A DNA stretch of 64,000 nt from Negaprion brevirostris (taxonomy: Eukaryota): positions 48,064,818 through 48,128,817 of the forward strand of contig JARDVH010000099.1 in assembly GCA_030324005.1 (NCBI GenBank). Direction: 5' to 3'. The translations under genes were made by a program, and so were the position numbers. Below the pieces are notes generated by a model, which worked only from the letters and a program-made list of their open reading frames with translations, was not told the DNA's origin and did no database searches. Position 1 is the stretch's first letter, and every line of letters begins with the position of its first letter. This document shows, piece by piece, positions 12,744-25,810 of this stretch.

Positions 12744-13479
12744 GTAAGTCATTTACTGNNNNNNNNNNNNNNNNNNNNNNNNNNNNNNNNNNNNNNNNNN
12801 NNNNNNNNNNNNNNNNNNNNNNNNNNNNNNNNNNNNNNNNNNNNNNNNNNNNNNNNNNCTGAAATGCTGTATTATGGTGGGTCCAGCTGTCAGGATAGTG
12901 ATTATGAAATAAACATGCCGATGATTTATACAGTTTAAGTTGCGCAGATTCCAATCCACAAATTACACTTTTGGTTTTGGTTGACTTTACAAAGTTGCAA
13001 TTGCCTTTTTTTTTGTTCAGTTGCCAATTTTAAACACTTGTGCTAATAGCCCTTAATGAGGAGTTTCTCTTTTTGCTTATCGATCATTCACTCTCTCTAA
13101 TGGTACTGCTTTCCAAATTTCCCAATTTAGGTTTAAACACTCATTTTCCCAATTAGTGCCCCTCATATATTAAAAAAAATGTTACTGCTAAGCTGCTCAT
13201 TCAGAAAGTTAGTTTGGAATTTTGAAAATTGCATCTCCTCTCTCTGACAAAGTTGTTAATGATAAAGAATTCTGGTATGTCTTCAGATGCTGACTAATAT
13301 CTAAATTTATTTGTGTATGAATGTCGCTTTTTTTAAAAATTGTCATTGAAATCTAACCCCTGGCAGATATGAAGTAAAANNNNNNNNNNNNNNNNNNNNN
13401 NNNNNNNNNNNNNNNNNNNNNNNNNNNNNNNNNNNNNNNNNNNNNNNNNNNNNNNNNNNNNNNNNNNNNNNNNNNNNNN

Positions 13480-13553
13480 AAGCTGGTCGGCGCAACATCG
13501 TGGGCCGAAGGGCCTGTTCTGCGCTGTAATGTTCTATGTTCTATGTTCTATGT
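13480..13553 (+). mobile_element. HER1/CR1 LINE 3' end with (TTCTATG)n tail
   Basis: gtgggccgaagggcctgttctgcgctgtaatgttctatgttctatgttctatg. Abuts a gap. Confidence 0.8.
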
Positions 13554-14312
13554 TAAGATGAGCATTTATTGTCCACTCCAAATTGCTTTTGAGAATGTGA
13601 TAGTGAGTTACCTTGAACCATTGCTGTCAATGTAAAAGCACCTATTGCTGGCTGTTCCCAGATTTTGATTCAACCTGATGTTTCTACACCACTATTTCTA
13701 AGTCAGGATGGTCTACAACTTGGAAGAGACCTTACAGGTGGCGGTAATCCCATGTGCTTTCTGCCTTTGTTCTTCTAGGTGTAGAGGTTGTGGCTTTGGA
13801 AGGAGCCTTTATAAATTGCTGCTGTGCACCTTGTAGATAGCACTGACAGCTGCCACTATTCTGGTGTGGAGGAAGTGAGTGCATTGGTTGATAGCATGCT
13901 AATCAAGTGGGCTGCTTTATTATAAATGGCGTCAAGCTTTGAGTGTTGGAGCTGCTTTCATCCAGGCAACTGGATAGTATTCCACCACACTTGTGACATG
14001 TTCCTTGCAGATGGTGAACAGGTATTGGGGGAGTCAGGAGATGACTGACTCAACCTAAATTTCCCAGCCTCTAACTTGCTCTTGTAGACACAGTATTTAT
14101 GTAGCTGGTCCAGTTAAGCTTCTGGTGAATGGTAACCCAGGATGTTGTTTGTGGAGATTCGGTGTTACAATTGAATGTCACGGAGAAGTGAATTGATTCT
14201 CTTTTTGAGATGGTCATTCTCTTACTTTCGTGTGGTGCGCAAGTCATTCGCCATTTATCAGCCCAAGCCTGAATGTAGTACAAGTCTCACTGCAACTGGA
14301 CATGAACTGGTA
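13554..14312 (-). mobile_element. CR1-group LINE 3' fragment (same family as 3850-6770)
   Basis: ORF 14071..14283 (IQAWADKWRMT...LNWTSYINTV). Reverse-complement 3' UTR. Confidence 0.8.
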
Positions 14313-14512
14313 ACCATTAAACATCCTTGCATGCTTTACATCAGTTAAATCAATTTGCTGATCCATGGCAATTTCCATTTAAGCTAAATGATTAAAATGC
14401 AAAACAGGTGTTGGCTGGTTTACCTTCCACGTACAAACTATTAATATTTAGAAAACGTATTACTTGAGTAGCAAAGTTTACATCGAAAGCTGTTGTTTTT
14501 TTTTCTCTACAG

Positions 14513-14569
14513 ACTCCAGCTTCAATGCGCAAGATCTCTTCGTATTTTCAGCAAAAGCCATCTGACTGA
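14513..14569 (+). CDS. DTL: DTL terminal coding exon (TPASMRKISSYFQQKPSD*), PIP-box-like motif
   Basis: Long polypyrimidine tract + ctacag|. MRKISSYF corresponds to human MRKICTYF. TGA at 14567-14569. Confidence 0.93.
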   Translation, partial: TPASMRKISSYFQQKPSD

Positions 14570-16230
14570 CCAGGTTGTTCTGCTGAGAATGGACAAATTA
14601 TTGACTTAAATTGATGCTGCATTATGACCTTGCAGCATTCTTGATGGAACACTCGTCTTCTGTGTGCAGTTGTTCACCTGAGTGCCATCTGTGATGTGTA
14701 GTTCTTTCAATTAGTTTCAGTTAAACTGGATTAAAAACAACCTCCTCCTTGCTAGGTAACAATTCAAATTCTGGTGCAATGAAATATATATTGGTAATGG
14801 AACACAGTACTATAGATACAAGGCTTTATCTTGAGTACTGGTCTACATAGAGAAGGCCAGTGGATTTTTCTGTACGTTTAAAATTTGCCACTTGCACCAA
14901 AACCAATTCATCTTTCCATATTGGGAAATGAGCAACTTACAGAAGATAAAGGACAAGTGAAAGCAGAATTCATGCATTTAACTAATCAATGGTTAACTAC
15001 TGAAATAATCACCTTGTTTACTTCCCTGCAAAAGATGTGATTCCATTTGAATTTTATCTGGTTTTTAAAAAGCAATTTGCAACATGACTTTATTCTCCCT
15101 TTAAAAATCTTGTTTTACCTTTCAAAAACACTGAATTGCAACTATGTACATAAACTGGTTGTGTTACTGGTCAGTTTTAACCATATTGTTCTTGAAACTT
15201 TGCTCTGCATATTTCCACATTTGTTGCTTCATGTCCTTAAATGTATTTTTGTTTCAATACAAACACCTAGCTGGAGCTAAATTATTTGTATAGTTTATAT
15301 AGATTTTACCATCTTTATTTTGAGAATGCATAAGGATTTCTTATTGTTACATAAATGTGTGTGGAGTTTAAAAAGCTGCAAGGAATGGGTTATATTTGAG
15401 CCTCAAGGCAGTGTAATCATGATATGAAATAATGATGCTGAGGAGGTACATTGATGATTTCTTAAGTCAAAATAGTGGTTTATTTACATTGAGTAGTTGA
15501 ACTTCACTGCCATTCTCCAAGCCTATTAACTTGACGAATTGACGCTGTTTTAGCATTGTTTTCAGTACGTTACTCCAATTTTTCAGAAATGTTTTATTAT
15601 GTTCCTACCAATTGCACATAAAGGTTAACTTACTGATGCTGTAAAAAATGTTGCAACTCAAGCTTATCATCGAATTGTCAGCAGTATTTTTACTGGGTAA
15701 TCCCTGTGGTACAATGGTTAAAGTGTTTCATTTTCCCAAGCAGTTTTATTTTTAAATTGCAAATTAAAGTTGCAGCTTGCATTGATCCCCTCAAAGTAAT
15801 TACAAGGTTTTAATTGATTTCTTCGTCCATGAAGTTTGGTTAAATTTGTACCCTGCAGCTTGAAGCAAGGCTCTGCTTCCAAAATATGTAGTGCTTTTTC
15901 CATTTAATGCTGCAGTACTGAATTAATCAAAGTACTTCAAGTACATGTTGCTTTGTATTGTCTTCCATTATCATCCTAGCATTTTTAATGGAAAGGGATG
16001 TACTTGATCAATTCCTAGCTTGTTTACGATCACAAGCTGAACATAGTGCGAGTCTGCTTACTGCAGTAACCACGATTTATTCATTCTCTGCCGGTATCTT
16101 GGGTTGCCTTTAATACAACTAGGCTGCAACATCACTGACTAGAAAGTANNNNNNNNNNNNNNNNNNNNNNNNNNNNNNNNNNNNNNNNNNNNNNNNNNNN
16201 NNNNNNNNNNCAAAAGCTGGATAGAAACAT

Positions 16231-16236
16231 AATAAA
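16231..16236 (+). terminator. Candidate DTL polyadenylation signal (AATAAA)
   Basis: First canonical AATAAA I found after the stop codon, ~1.7 kb of AT-rich repeat-poor sequence downstream. ATTAAA variants occur earlier (~14730, ~15763). Confidence 0.3.
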
Positions 16237-16467
16237 GCAGATTTTGGCATGTTTAAAGGAACACTTCTGCCATTTAAACACTCTAGGTCTGACTGTACCC
16301 ACCTTTGCAATTGGTCTGTTAGATGCCATGACCTTCTTCATAATAATGTACTACCGCTGTCTCTTGGACATAAAGAAATGCAGACAGTAGAGGAAAAACA
16401 GGAGTAATATCACTTTTTTTCCAGCTTTTAGAAAGCAGATCATTCAAAAGTGGCTTTACATAAGGGA

Positions 16468-16830
16468 AGTAGTGGCACAGTGATATTGGCATTGGACAAG
16501 TAATCCAGAGAGTTAGAGTAATGTGCTGAGGATCTGGGGTTGAATCTCACGACAGCAGATGGTGAAATTCGAATTCCATAGGTCAACTAAAAATCTGAAA
16601 TTAAATTAAAAATCTAATGATGACACAAAACTATGGTCGTAAAATCCCATCTGATTCATTGTCTTTCAAGGAAGGAAATTTGCCATCCTTGCCTGGCCTG
16701 ACCTACATGTGACTTCAGATTTTTAAATGCCCTCTGCAATGGCTTAGCAAAACACTCAGTTCAAGGGTAATTAGGGAAACGCAATAAATGCTGGCCCATC
16801 CAGTGCTGCCACATCCCGTGAATGAATAAA
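16468..16830 (+). mobile_element. tRNA-derived SINE with CR1-shared 3' tail
   Basis: Head gtggcacagtg...gtaatccagag...ggttgaatctcac. Tail aagggtaattaggg...aataaatgctggcc...cacatcccgtgaatgaataaa matches the end of the LINE at ~6700-6760. Confidence 0.8.
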
Positions 16831-18109
16831 CATCTTCCCATGCTTGCAATCTTTATCACTGTGATGACCTTACTCCTATTGTATCCAGTGTAATAGGTCT
16901 CTCCTTTCACTACAAAAATACTGACTTGACAGTGTATATTAAAATTCAGTTCTGCTGAAAGATGCTCAGCCATGTTTATTAGCTTTCTCCACCAATTAAT
17001 TGGCTCTAGTTTCAATACTACAAGCATGTAAGGTATGTTTCCTTTGTAAATGTCCCAATTTCAAATTCAACGCTGTATCCTTTCTAAAATGCACCATTCG
17101 TGAGCTTGTATCTTATCCCCAAGTTATTCTTTCTTTAAAAATTCCATGTTACGAAGCAGAATTTCAACCCTTAAAATTGGGAACCAATTCGATTGCCTCA
17201 GTGGTATTAGGCCAAGCTATTGAGCCAAAGGTAAATTAATTTCTACCCTTTGTTTAGGGTTCGAGTTGAGGCAAATACAGTAGAATTTGTCATTTTCATT
17301 TGACAGCTTAGTTGTGGTTCCTTGTAAAGGGAGAGATGTTTTAGAAATACTCAGACACATATCTAATCAATAGCTGATGGATTATTTTATGGGTTACTGG
17401 TGGTATATTCAAATTCTTATCAGGGAACATTTGGGCAGATGAAGGTTGTCTCAAATAAGACCTCACAGAATTTACCAAAGGTTCAGATCTGTTACCTGAT
17501 CAATTTTCCGACCTCTCTGAAATACTACCAAAGGCTTAACTCTTATGGTCAATATCCTGCTGTTTATTAAAATGTTTCCTTAATTAATAGAAGAAAATAC
17601 AGTTCAATGATTGACATTATGCTTATTCCAATCATGACCGCTTGTTTTAATGGTAGCTTTGGATATTAAGATAACACTGCAGCACATACTGAGAATGCAG
17701 GATTGGCAGAGGTATTGTCTTTTAGAAGGAACATTAAATCTTGTTTGCAAGTACATGAAAAAAAAAGCCCTGATGTTCTGTGTAGAACAGAAGTTATTCT
17801 GAAGTCTAAGGCAACATTCCTTTCTGAACCAACAGTTCAGAAGGTGGACTTTCTGGACAGATCTTTGCATGCCCCCTGTAGGTGGATAAATAGGGGGTAG
17901 ACCTGTAAATTACAGAACTGTGCCATGGGTGAAAGGGGAGGTGTTGGTTGGGCTGTCTGCCTGTGGAATGGGCAATTAATGCATAATTAAAGGCCTCATC
18001 CAATTAATGCTCTGATTTAATGGAGAGTGGAAGAGGCCTTTGCCAACAATGTAGCCTGGAAAGTTTAACTCTCTGGGTTGCTGATGAGTAGAAAGTGGGG
18101 AGGGGAGAA

Positions 18110-18315
18110 AATCATGCTATCTGTTTGTTCCAATCCTTTGTGCATTGTGGGTTCCTCTCTAATGTTACATTCTAGTTCCCATCTGCCTGCTAAGCTATTT
18201 TAATGCCATTCCCTTTCACCCCCTCCAGTTTCACATGCAACCTGTTCACCCTTTTTCCAGCCACATGATATGCTTTATCCTATTTATATTTGTGAGAAAA
18301 TTGCATGGTGTAATC
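18110..18315. repeat. ~205-bp dispersed repeat, copy 1
   Basis: Direct homology to 20626-20830 (aatcatgctatctgt...ggtgtaatc). Confidence 0.85.
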
Positions 18316-18856
18316 TTGGATTCCACCAGGGCTCGGTTAGGGTGATTGCAGGGAGGCAAAAAGAGTGCGGACCCTTTGATTGGCACAGGGAACTTGTGCA
18401 GAGACTAGCCAGCAGGTCCTCAACAGTTGTAATCTTTGCATTACATCATGCAATTTTCTTCTTCCTCCTGCAGTACTGGTAGTGATCACACCCTGGTGTT
18501 GGTACAGAGTTGCTAACCAACTGGTAGCTCTATGAGACAGGGCTTCCTCTTGGGAGCTGCATACTAATACTAATACTGAAAAAGTAAAGCAGGGTGAACT
18601 GACCAGGCAGAGGTGACATGGAGGTAGGGTCTGGCATGAGAGGATAATCCAGCACTCTCCAGGATCTGTGCTGCATTTAATTAGTCACTTTGAAATTAAG
18701 GTCCTATTTTAGATAGCCACAGAGTTTTGGACTTTGAGTATGTGAAAGGTATGTTATAAATGCAAGTACATTGATTTTTCTGCCGGTAGGCAAGAGATCA
18801 AATTATACCATTAAAGGTTTTCCCTTGTCTGCAATAAATCTGCTGCCCAAGAAATG

Positions 18857-19280
18857 ATGATGCAGATATGCTGGTGTTGGACTGGGGTAAACACAGTAAG
18901 AAGTCTGACAACACCAGGTTTAAGTCCAACCAATTTATTTGATAGTAAACTCNNNNNNNNNNNNNNNNNNNNNNNNNNNNNNNNNNNNNNNNNNNNNNNN
19001 NNNNNNNNNNNNNNNNNNNNNNNNNNNNNNNNNNNNNNNNNNNNNNNNNNNNTACGCATCTCTTTAACCTGTGCTCAATGCTCCTCCCACTCATGTTGGC
19101 CACTTTAAGACTTGAATAGCAGGTTAGGTGTAAGGATTCGCATTAGTCTGTGCTGTTGTATGCTCTGTCCGAGGCTAGTACTCTCTCTTCACCTGACGAA
19201 GAGGCAAGCCTCGAAAGCTTGTGAGTTTACTATCAAATAAATCAGTTGGACTTAAACCTGGTGTTGTCAGACTTCTTACT
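18857..19280. mobile_element. Penelope-like element with inverted pseudo-LTRs (family A)
   Basis: 58-bp inverted arms at 18895-18952 and 19223-19280 (2 mismatches). Hammerhead core at 19193-19220. Confidence 0.75.
19188..19225 (+). ncRNA. Minimal type-I hammerhead ribozyme motif
   Basis: Stem I TTCAC/GTGAG, CUGACGA core, stem II GAGG(C)/(G)CCTC, GAAA, palindromic AGCU stem III, NUH triplet CUU. Confidence 0.6.
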
Positions 19281-20625
19281 AAGATGATGGCCAGACTTGC
19301 CTTTAATTCCTCACATGAGAAACTGTCACAAGTACAAGTGAGATCTCTGGCAGTCAGTGAACATCAGATTGTTAGATGAGATTCTCTATGGTTGGTGAAA
19401 ATGCTACATACATCTCCCTAGTTTGGCATAAGTATCCAGGATTCTTTAACTACTCCTTTGGCTGGTGACTGTGACAGGCGGTGAACATGAAGTTTTTCTG
19501 AACTCAAAAATGTGTTAATGAAATGGAATGTCAGGCTTTAACTCCTCCATTTCAAGCAAGATTAAATACTGAACATGAGCTTCATTGGAACGGTGCTGGA
19601 AAAGGAAGTTAATTGGGGATGGAGAATGAACATGGACAGGCAGTAGGAAGATCAGTGTTGCTTTTATGGACTGAGCAGAGGTGTTCCACCAGTGATTGCC
19701 GAATTTGTTTGGTCCACCCATTTATAAAGGAAACCACAGTGTGAGCAGGGAACACAGTATACTAAATTGACAATGCAAGTATATCTGTTTCATCTGGGAA
19801 GAGCAATTGTGACCTTTGACCATGTCAAAGGGTTGGTGTTGCATTTTCTGCACTTTCAAAGGANNNNNNNNNNGGTCTCTATGAGAAGGAGAGGGGGATG
19901 ATTGAGGAGTAGCAGAAGGGACACTTTGGGACACTGAAAGGGGAAGCACACTCTAATGGTGGCATCACTGTAGATGACAAAATTAACAGGATCCATTGAG
20001 TGTTGAGACTGGCACAGTGAAAGGTTCAAAACAAGAAATTTGTCCAATTGCAACACTTCCATCATCCTTCTCTTAAGTCGTTCCCAACTTCATAAACTGA
20101 TTTAATTATTGTTTCTATAGTTAGTGTTTGAACCTTGCACTATATACATTGGCTGCCATGTTTCTCTACAACAAGCATTTCCAAGTGTTTTGAAATGTCT
20201 GAATTGTGATTAGTGCTTTTTATATAAAATCTCTCTTTCCAAGTCTCAAGTTTCCTTAACCTATATTGTGTAAAATACAACAGAATTAACTTAAGCAATG
20301 CGACATCTTTTTAAAATCAATATTACCACCTGCTTTCCATCTTTCCTGAATATAGAAACGTAAAAAATAGTAATAGGAAGAGGCCATTTGGGCATGCTCT
20401 GCTTTTTGGCCCTTCAAGCCTGTTCCACTATTCATTATGATCATAGCTGATCATCCAATTCAATCAATATCTAACCATAAATAGTGTCCTGCACTTTGAG
20501 TAAGATCTTTCATTTCCAAGTGGCTATCTGTATCTGCAGTTCATACACCTTCCTTGCTACGTGATTTTGAACTACTTGAATTCTTTCTTATTCTAACACC
20601 CAACTAATATCTTACTATTTCATAG

Positions 20626-20830
20626 AATCATGCTATCTGTCTGTCCCAATCCTTTGTGTGTTTTGTATTCCTCTCTAATGTTACATCCTAGTTCCTATCT
20701 ACCTAAGCTATTTTAACACCATTCTCTTTCTCCCAGCAGGTTCAGATACAACCTGTCCACCCTTTTATTCAGTCCCACAATGGTCTGCTTTATCCTGTTT
20801 ATATATGAGCAAACTGCATCAGGTGTAATC
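20626..20830. repeat. ~205-bp dispersed repeat, copy 2
   Basis: Direct homology to 18110-18315. Confidence 0.85.
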
Positions 20831-23800
20831 CAAAGGTTTGAGAACCTGCTGGCTAGTCTCAAGTTCCCCAAAGTCCTCCTGCAAGATCTCATTTCTTTAC
20901 TCATGTCATTGCATTAATGTGAATCATGTCAGGCTATTTCACCCCCTTCAGAATACACTGCAATGCCACTATGACATCCTTGGTCCTTGTATGACAATAT
21001 AACCATCCTGGAATCACACCTGCGAAACAGAAACATGTCTGTTCCCCTCTGCTTTTCCAGTCTTCCTGCTGCCCTTCTATAGCTAAGTGAGTTGTGGTGC
21101 CATGGACTTGGCTCTCACTGCACTCCCCTGAAGAACCATCCCTCATCAGTCCTCAGAACTGAGTGCAGGTTGATGAGTGTAATGCACTTGGGACTACCAG
21201 CTTGGTCCTTCTTGTCTGTCCATGGTCACCCATTCCCTCTTTGCACATCTTTAACCTACTATATGCAAATAAGCTTAAATATTTTCTTGTAAATTTTCCT
21301 TCACCATCTCTTCATATCACTTTTTTTGTGGCTGTGCCATTCACCTCTTTACTGCTGTCTCTTTTGAATTAGTTAAAATTATTGGTCAAACAATTATTTT
21401 TGTTCCATGGATTAACAAGTGAAGAGAATACACAGGGTACATACATGTTGCATTAACTCAATGGTAATAACATTAAGTACCTCTCCAACGAGGCTTTTCC
21501 CTGCCTGATTTATGCTCTGTAACTATAAAACTGAAGAAAAAGAAACTTTAAGAGCTTCCACACTATTAAGGAGGTTTAAGACAAATCAACATCTAACAAT
21601 CTGCTCTGAAAATCCTGCTTGCGTTCTGATATCTGATAAATTCCACCACAACCACTGTACCAATCAACATTTTTTTTCTTGCACCATCAACTTGTCCAAT
21701 CTCCAATATTAATGGATCCTTTAAAAGATTACAAAATCCAAATCTGCAAGATTGTTGCCAAAAAACTATTACATTCTTCTCTGGGGGCTGGACACTTTCT
21801 GTGTAGTAAGTTTTTTGTTAAGATAAGTCCATCACCTTTTGCCAGCAAACAGATTAATGAGTGAAAACATTACTTGCATCCAACTCACTTCCCACCCACC
21901 CCTGCCTCTCCTGTCTTCCCCCATCTCCACTCCACTCTTGGACCTGGTTATACTTATACCAGCTCTCTAACTCTCCTCCTCTTCAAGCCTCCTTTACTTA
22001 GTGCCATTCCACTCATTCTCTTGCTGAAGACCTGCAGTTCTGGACTTGCAAATGTTTTTACTTCCCACAGCTTTTCTTACTCTGCTGCAGACCCATTGTT
22101 AGCCTGATTTTATCACTTGCTACTCCTCTCACTCTAGTAAAGAAGAATTATAAAAACAGATTTTGGAACCTCTACAAGTATGTAAAAAAGAGGGTAGAGC
22201 TGAGACTGGAGAAATGAGAATGGGGAATAAAGAAACAGCAGATAAATACTTTGTATTTGTCCTTGCAATATTATAGAAATGCACAGCACAGAGGAGGTCA
22301 TTTGTGCTAGCCAGAAGATATCCTAATTCCACTTTTCTCTTAGGCCATAGCCTTGTAGGGGATATGGCACTTCAATAGCATATCCAAGAATCTTTTACAC
22401 CTCTTCAGCCAGTGAGTTCCAAGCCTGACCACACTCTGGATGAAACAATGATCCAAATTCCCTCAAGCTCTTCTGCCAATTTTAAACATTTGTCTCCCTT
22501 TCTCGGTGCAAAGCCATTTTCTCTGTAAAAACAGGGCCAGGAAGATGCGAGACTGATTCATGCCCGGCCCTAATCGGATTTTGGGCCTCACAATGCTATC
22601 TTCCAATTTGTTACGCTGAACAACTGGCATAGCGAGCCAGTAAGATTGCACCCTTTATTTGGGTCCTCTCAACAGAACTTACATGCAACATCATTCTTCA
22701 ATGAGCAGACAGTTTTGACTAAATTAGCTGCAGCACACTTGTTCAATGTTTCACCACATGCAGATCCCACCTCTAAGCTATCTGCAATGTCAATATCCAT
22801 GCTAGAAGCCAAGTATGAAATTGTGATGGTTTACCTATATCAACATTGTCTTCTAGGTCTTCCTTGACTGTCTAACCAGCTTTCAGTTCCTGAGTATCTA
22901 TAAGTAAAGATGGATAAGGGAAAGTAAGAAGGATTTGGTAAGTCATAAGATTGTGGGATGTGAGGAAAGTGGGATATGAGAACACTTTTTCATCTTGAAT
23001 GGATTCAACGTTGCTACTGGCTATAGCTTCACATCAGAAGCAACCTTTCTGGTCAGCATGGGGTTTAGACCCACTTGCCCTCTCCAGTTGATTCTTGCTG
23101 CCTCAGGTTGTGGGCCATCTTCTGCAGGAGACAGGGAAATGTGTGAGTGAGTATTGTGCAATCTGCTTAGGCAATATGGCCAACATGGTTGAAAAGCAAG
23201 CAGTGTACATAAGGCATGAGATGTTGGTGTGAGACTTACAGTGCTCAGTGAGGTGAAGGATGTTAATGATTATGTGAATTCTGATTGATAGAAATGGATT
23301 GTGGATGAGTGATTGGGGAATGTTGAATTTAGCAGAGACTGAAGTTAGTGATGCAGTTTGTAGGAAATGGCAATTGAACTTGCACTTGATGATTTTAATC
23401 ACTGGTGAGGCCATTAAATCTTTTTTGCAGCTCTGTATTCAGGTCTTTAGAGAAACACCTGGCATTTACCTCATGCTATCTGTTCCCAATGCCTTCTCAT
23501 CATGTGTTTAGAAGGCATCCTGGAGGGGAGAGGAGGGGGCGGAAAAGTTCTAATGTAGACCTTTTTGACAGTATTCTTTTTCAAGCAGAACTATTATCTA
23601 AAGTTTATGTATGTAATACAATTACTCAGCAGCTTGGTCACCATTCTGATCATGATTAACAATAAAAGAAAGCAATTTAGCACAACAATCTTAACAAGGA
23701 AGGATTGTATAATGCGATCATATCTTTTATGGTTATTGCCTTTTAGAAAATAAGGCTCCTGAGTCTGTACTGGCAATGGCTGTGACTGAACTTAGGAAGA

Positions 23801-24469
23801 GCTTGCTTCCTGAGAATAAATAGAACACTCAGATAGGTTGTATAATATGAATCTTCATGTAGAGCATCTGTGCACAAAAATCGTAAGTGATAATGATTGA
23901 AGAGACAAGATTGCAATGTCCCACCTACAGTATGTTGGCAATAGAACACAGTGTGGGTAGTATATCAGTTTAGGCTTCAGTACACACTTTTTGAAAAGCC
24001 ACCCTTTTCCAACAACTTTTTAGATGTTCAAATCATTCCTGTGGTTAATCTATTACCTAGCACCATCCAAAAACTTGAGTGAATCCAAAACTGCAGCCTG
24101 TTTCATAAGTCAATCTAAATTCTATTCACCCTGTACTCATTTACCCATGCTGGCTCCCAGGCTACTATGTTATGATACAAAAACTATCAATCTTGATCAT
24201 AAATCTTTCTTTGGCCTGACTTCTCCCTACCTCTGCAACTTCCTCCAATTCTTCAACCCGCCCAAGATCTCTGTGCTTTCCCAATTTTGGACTCTTGCAC
24301 ATTCCTGATTTTAATCATTCCACCATTGACAGTTATGCCAAAGGTCTTAAGCTCTTGACTTCCCTTCCTCAACTCTCTGCCTCTCTATCTTCCTTTAAGA
24401 CACTCCTGATTAAATTAGTAAGACAGTGTTCCCTGAACAAAACTATGCTGACTGTCCCTGATAATCCAT

Positions 24470-25810
24470 GCCTTTCTCAGTGACAGTTTATCCTGTCTCA
24501 GGATTGCTTCCAATAATTTGCCCACCACAAAAGTCAGACTGACTGACCTACAATTTTCTGACTTAACCCTCGTATCCTCTTTAAATCATTGTAAACATTT
24601 GCAAACTTACAATCCTCTGGGATCTCAAATGTAGCAGTGGGGATAGGAAAATGATTCTCAGATCACTGGCTATTTCCTCCCTGGCTTCCTTGAACAACGT
24701 GGGATACAATCCATTTGGCCCTGGTGATTAATCCACCTTCAAAGATGTCAGTCCTTCCAATACTTCCTCTTTCACTATGCTTAATATATCTAATATTTCA
24801 CACTCCTTTAACTCAAATATCTGCATCAGCCCTCTCAGTGAAGAAAGAGATAAAGTTACTCATTGAGAACCTTGCCCACATCCACGGCATCAATGCACAA
24901 GTTATCATGTACATCTCTACCTTTTCTTGAGTTGCCAAAGATGTACTGGGAACCCATCTTTGGATTTTCATTAATTTTACTTGTCAATATTTTTACATAT
25001 TCTGCCAATTCTCCTAATAACATTTTTTACTTCACCCTTGTACTTTCTATACTAGGCTTTTATAGTAATTTTTTGTGTGACCATCATCAGCTTTCTTCTT
25101 CTGCTTTATCTTACCTTGTATGCTTCAAGATAATCTGGGCTCCAGCTTTGGCAGGACCACCCTTTTACTTTTTAGGCACATGTTTATACCTTGTCTGTAG
25201 AATCTCACTTTTGAATGCTTCCTACTGGTTTGTCACCGATTTCCTTTTACGTAGCTGTAACCAGTCCACTCTTGCCAGCTCACCTCTCAGCTTTGTAAAG
25301 TTTGTCTTCCCCCAACATAGAACTTTTACTCTAGTTCTATCTTGTTCTTTTGCATAATGATCCCCCATTGCTACTTTATCCACTTGCTCAGCTTAATTTC
25401 CTAAGACTAAATCCAGAATTGTGCTTCCTGTTGTTGGGCTTGTTATTGCTGGCTAAAAGAGGTTATTTTGGATGCAGTTCAAGAATTGTGTGCTCACTGT
25501 GCCTATTGCAATGTTCATATCCAAGTTGAAATTAGGGTAGTTGAAGTCTCCAATGATTACTGGTCTCTTGTTTACACACTCAAATTTGCTGACATATCTG
25601 CCTTTCTAACTCTCTTTCACTATTTGGGGGTTCTTCAGTAGACTGCGAGTACGGTGTCTATCCCCTGTTTTGAGTTCAATACATATAGCCTTATTTGATG
25701 ATTTACTATATTCTTCCCCCCCCCCCCAATAGCTACAATTGATTTTTTTTTAACTAATAATGCTACATTCCTATGTTTTTCATCTCCTCTCCATCCTGCC
25801 TGAAACTATA
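24470..25810 (-). mobile_element. Decayed CR1 LINE (endonuclease to RT)
   Basis: Reverse strand ggagacttcaactaccct (GDFNYP, ~25535-25552) and SPGP/YPxxL-like segment (~24700-24730). Confidence 0.7.

Noticed and set aside
12744-12938. Extension of the DTL ORF through the N gap (and other X-containing ORFs)
   Set aside because: Artefact of 100-N gaps. The exon ends at the donor at 12744.
18081-18096. CTGATGA-GTA-GAAA hammerhead-like string
   Set aside because: No stem II can form between the core motifs.
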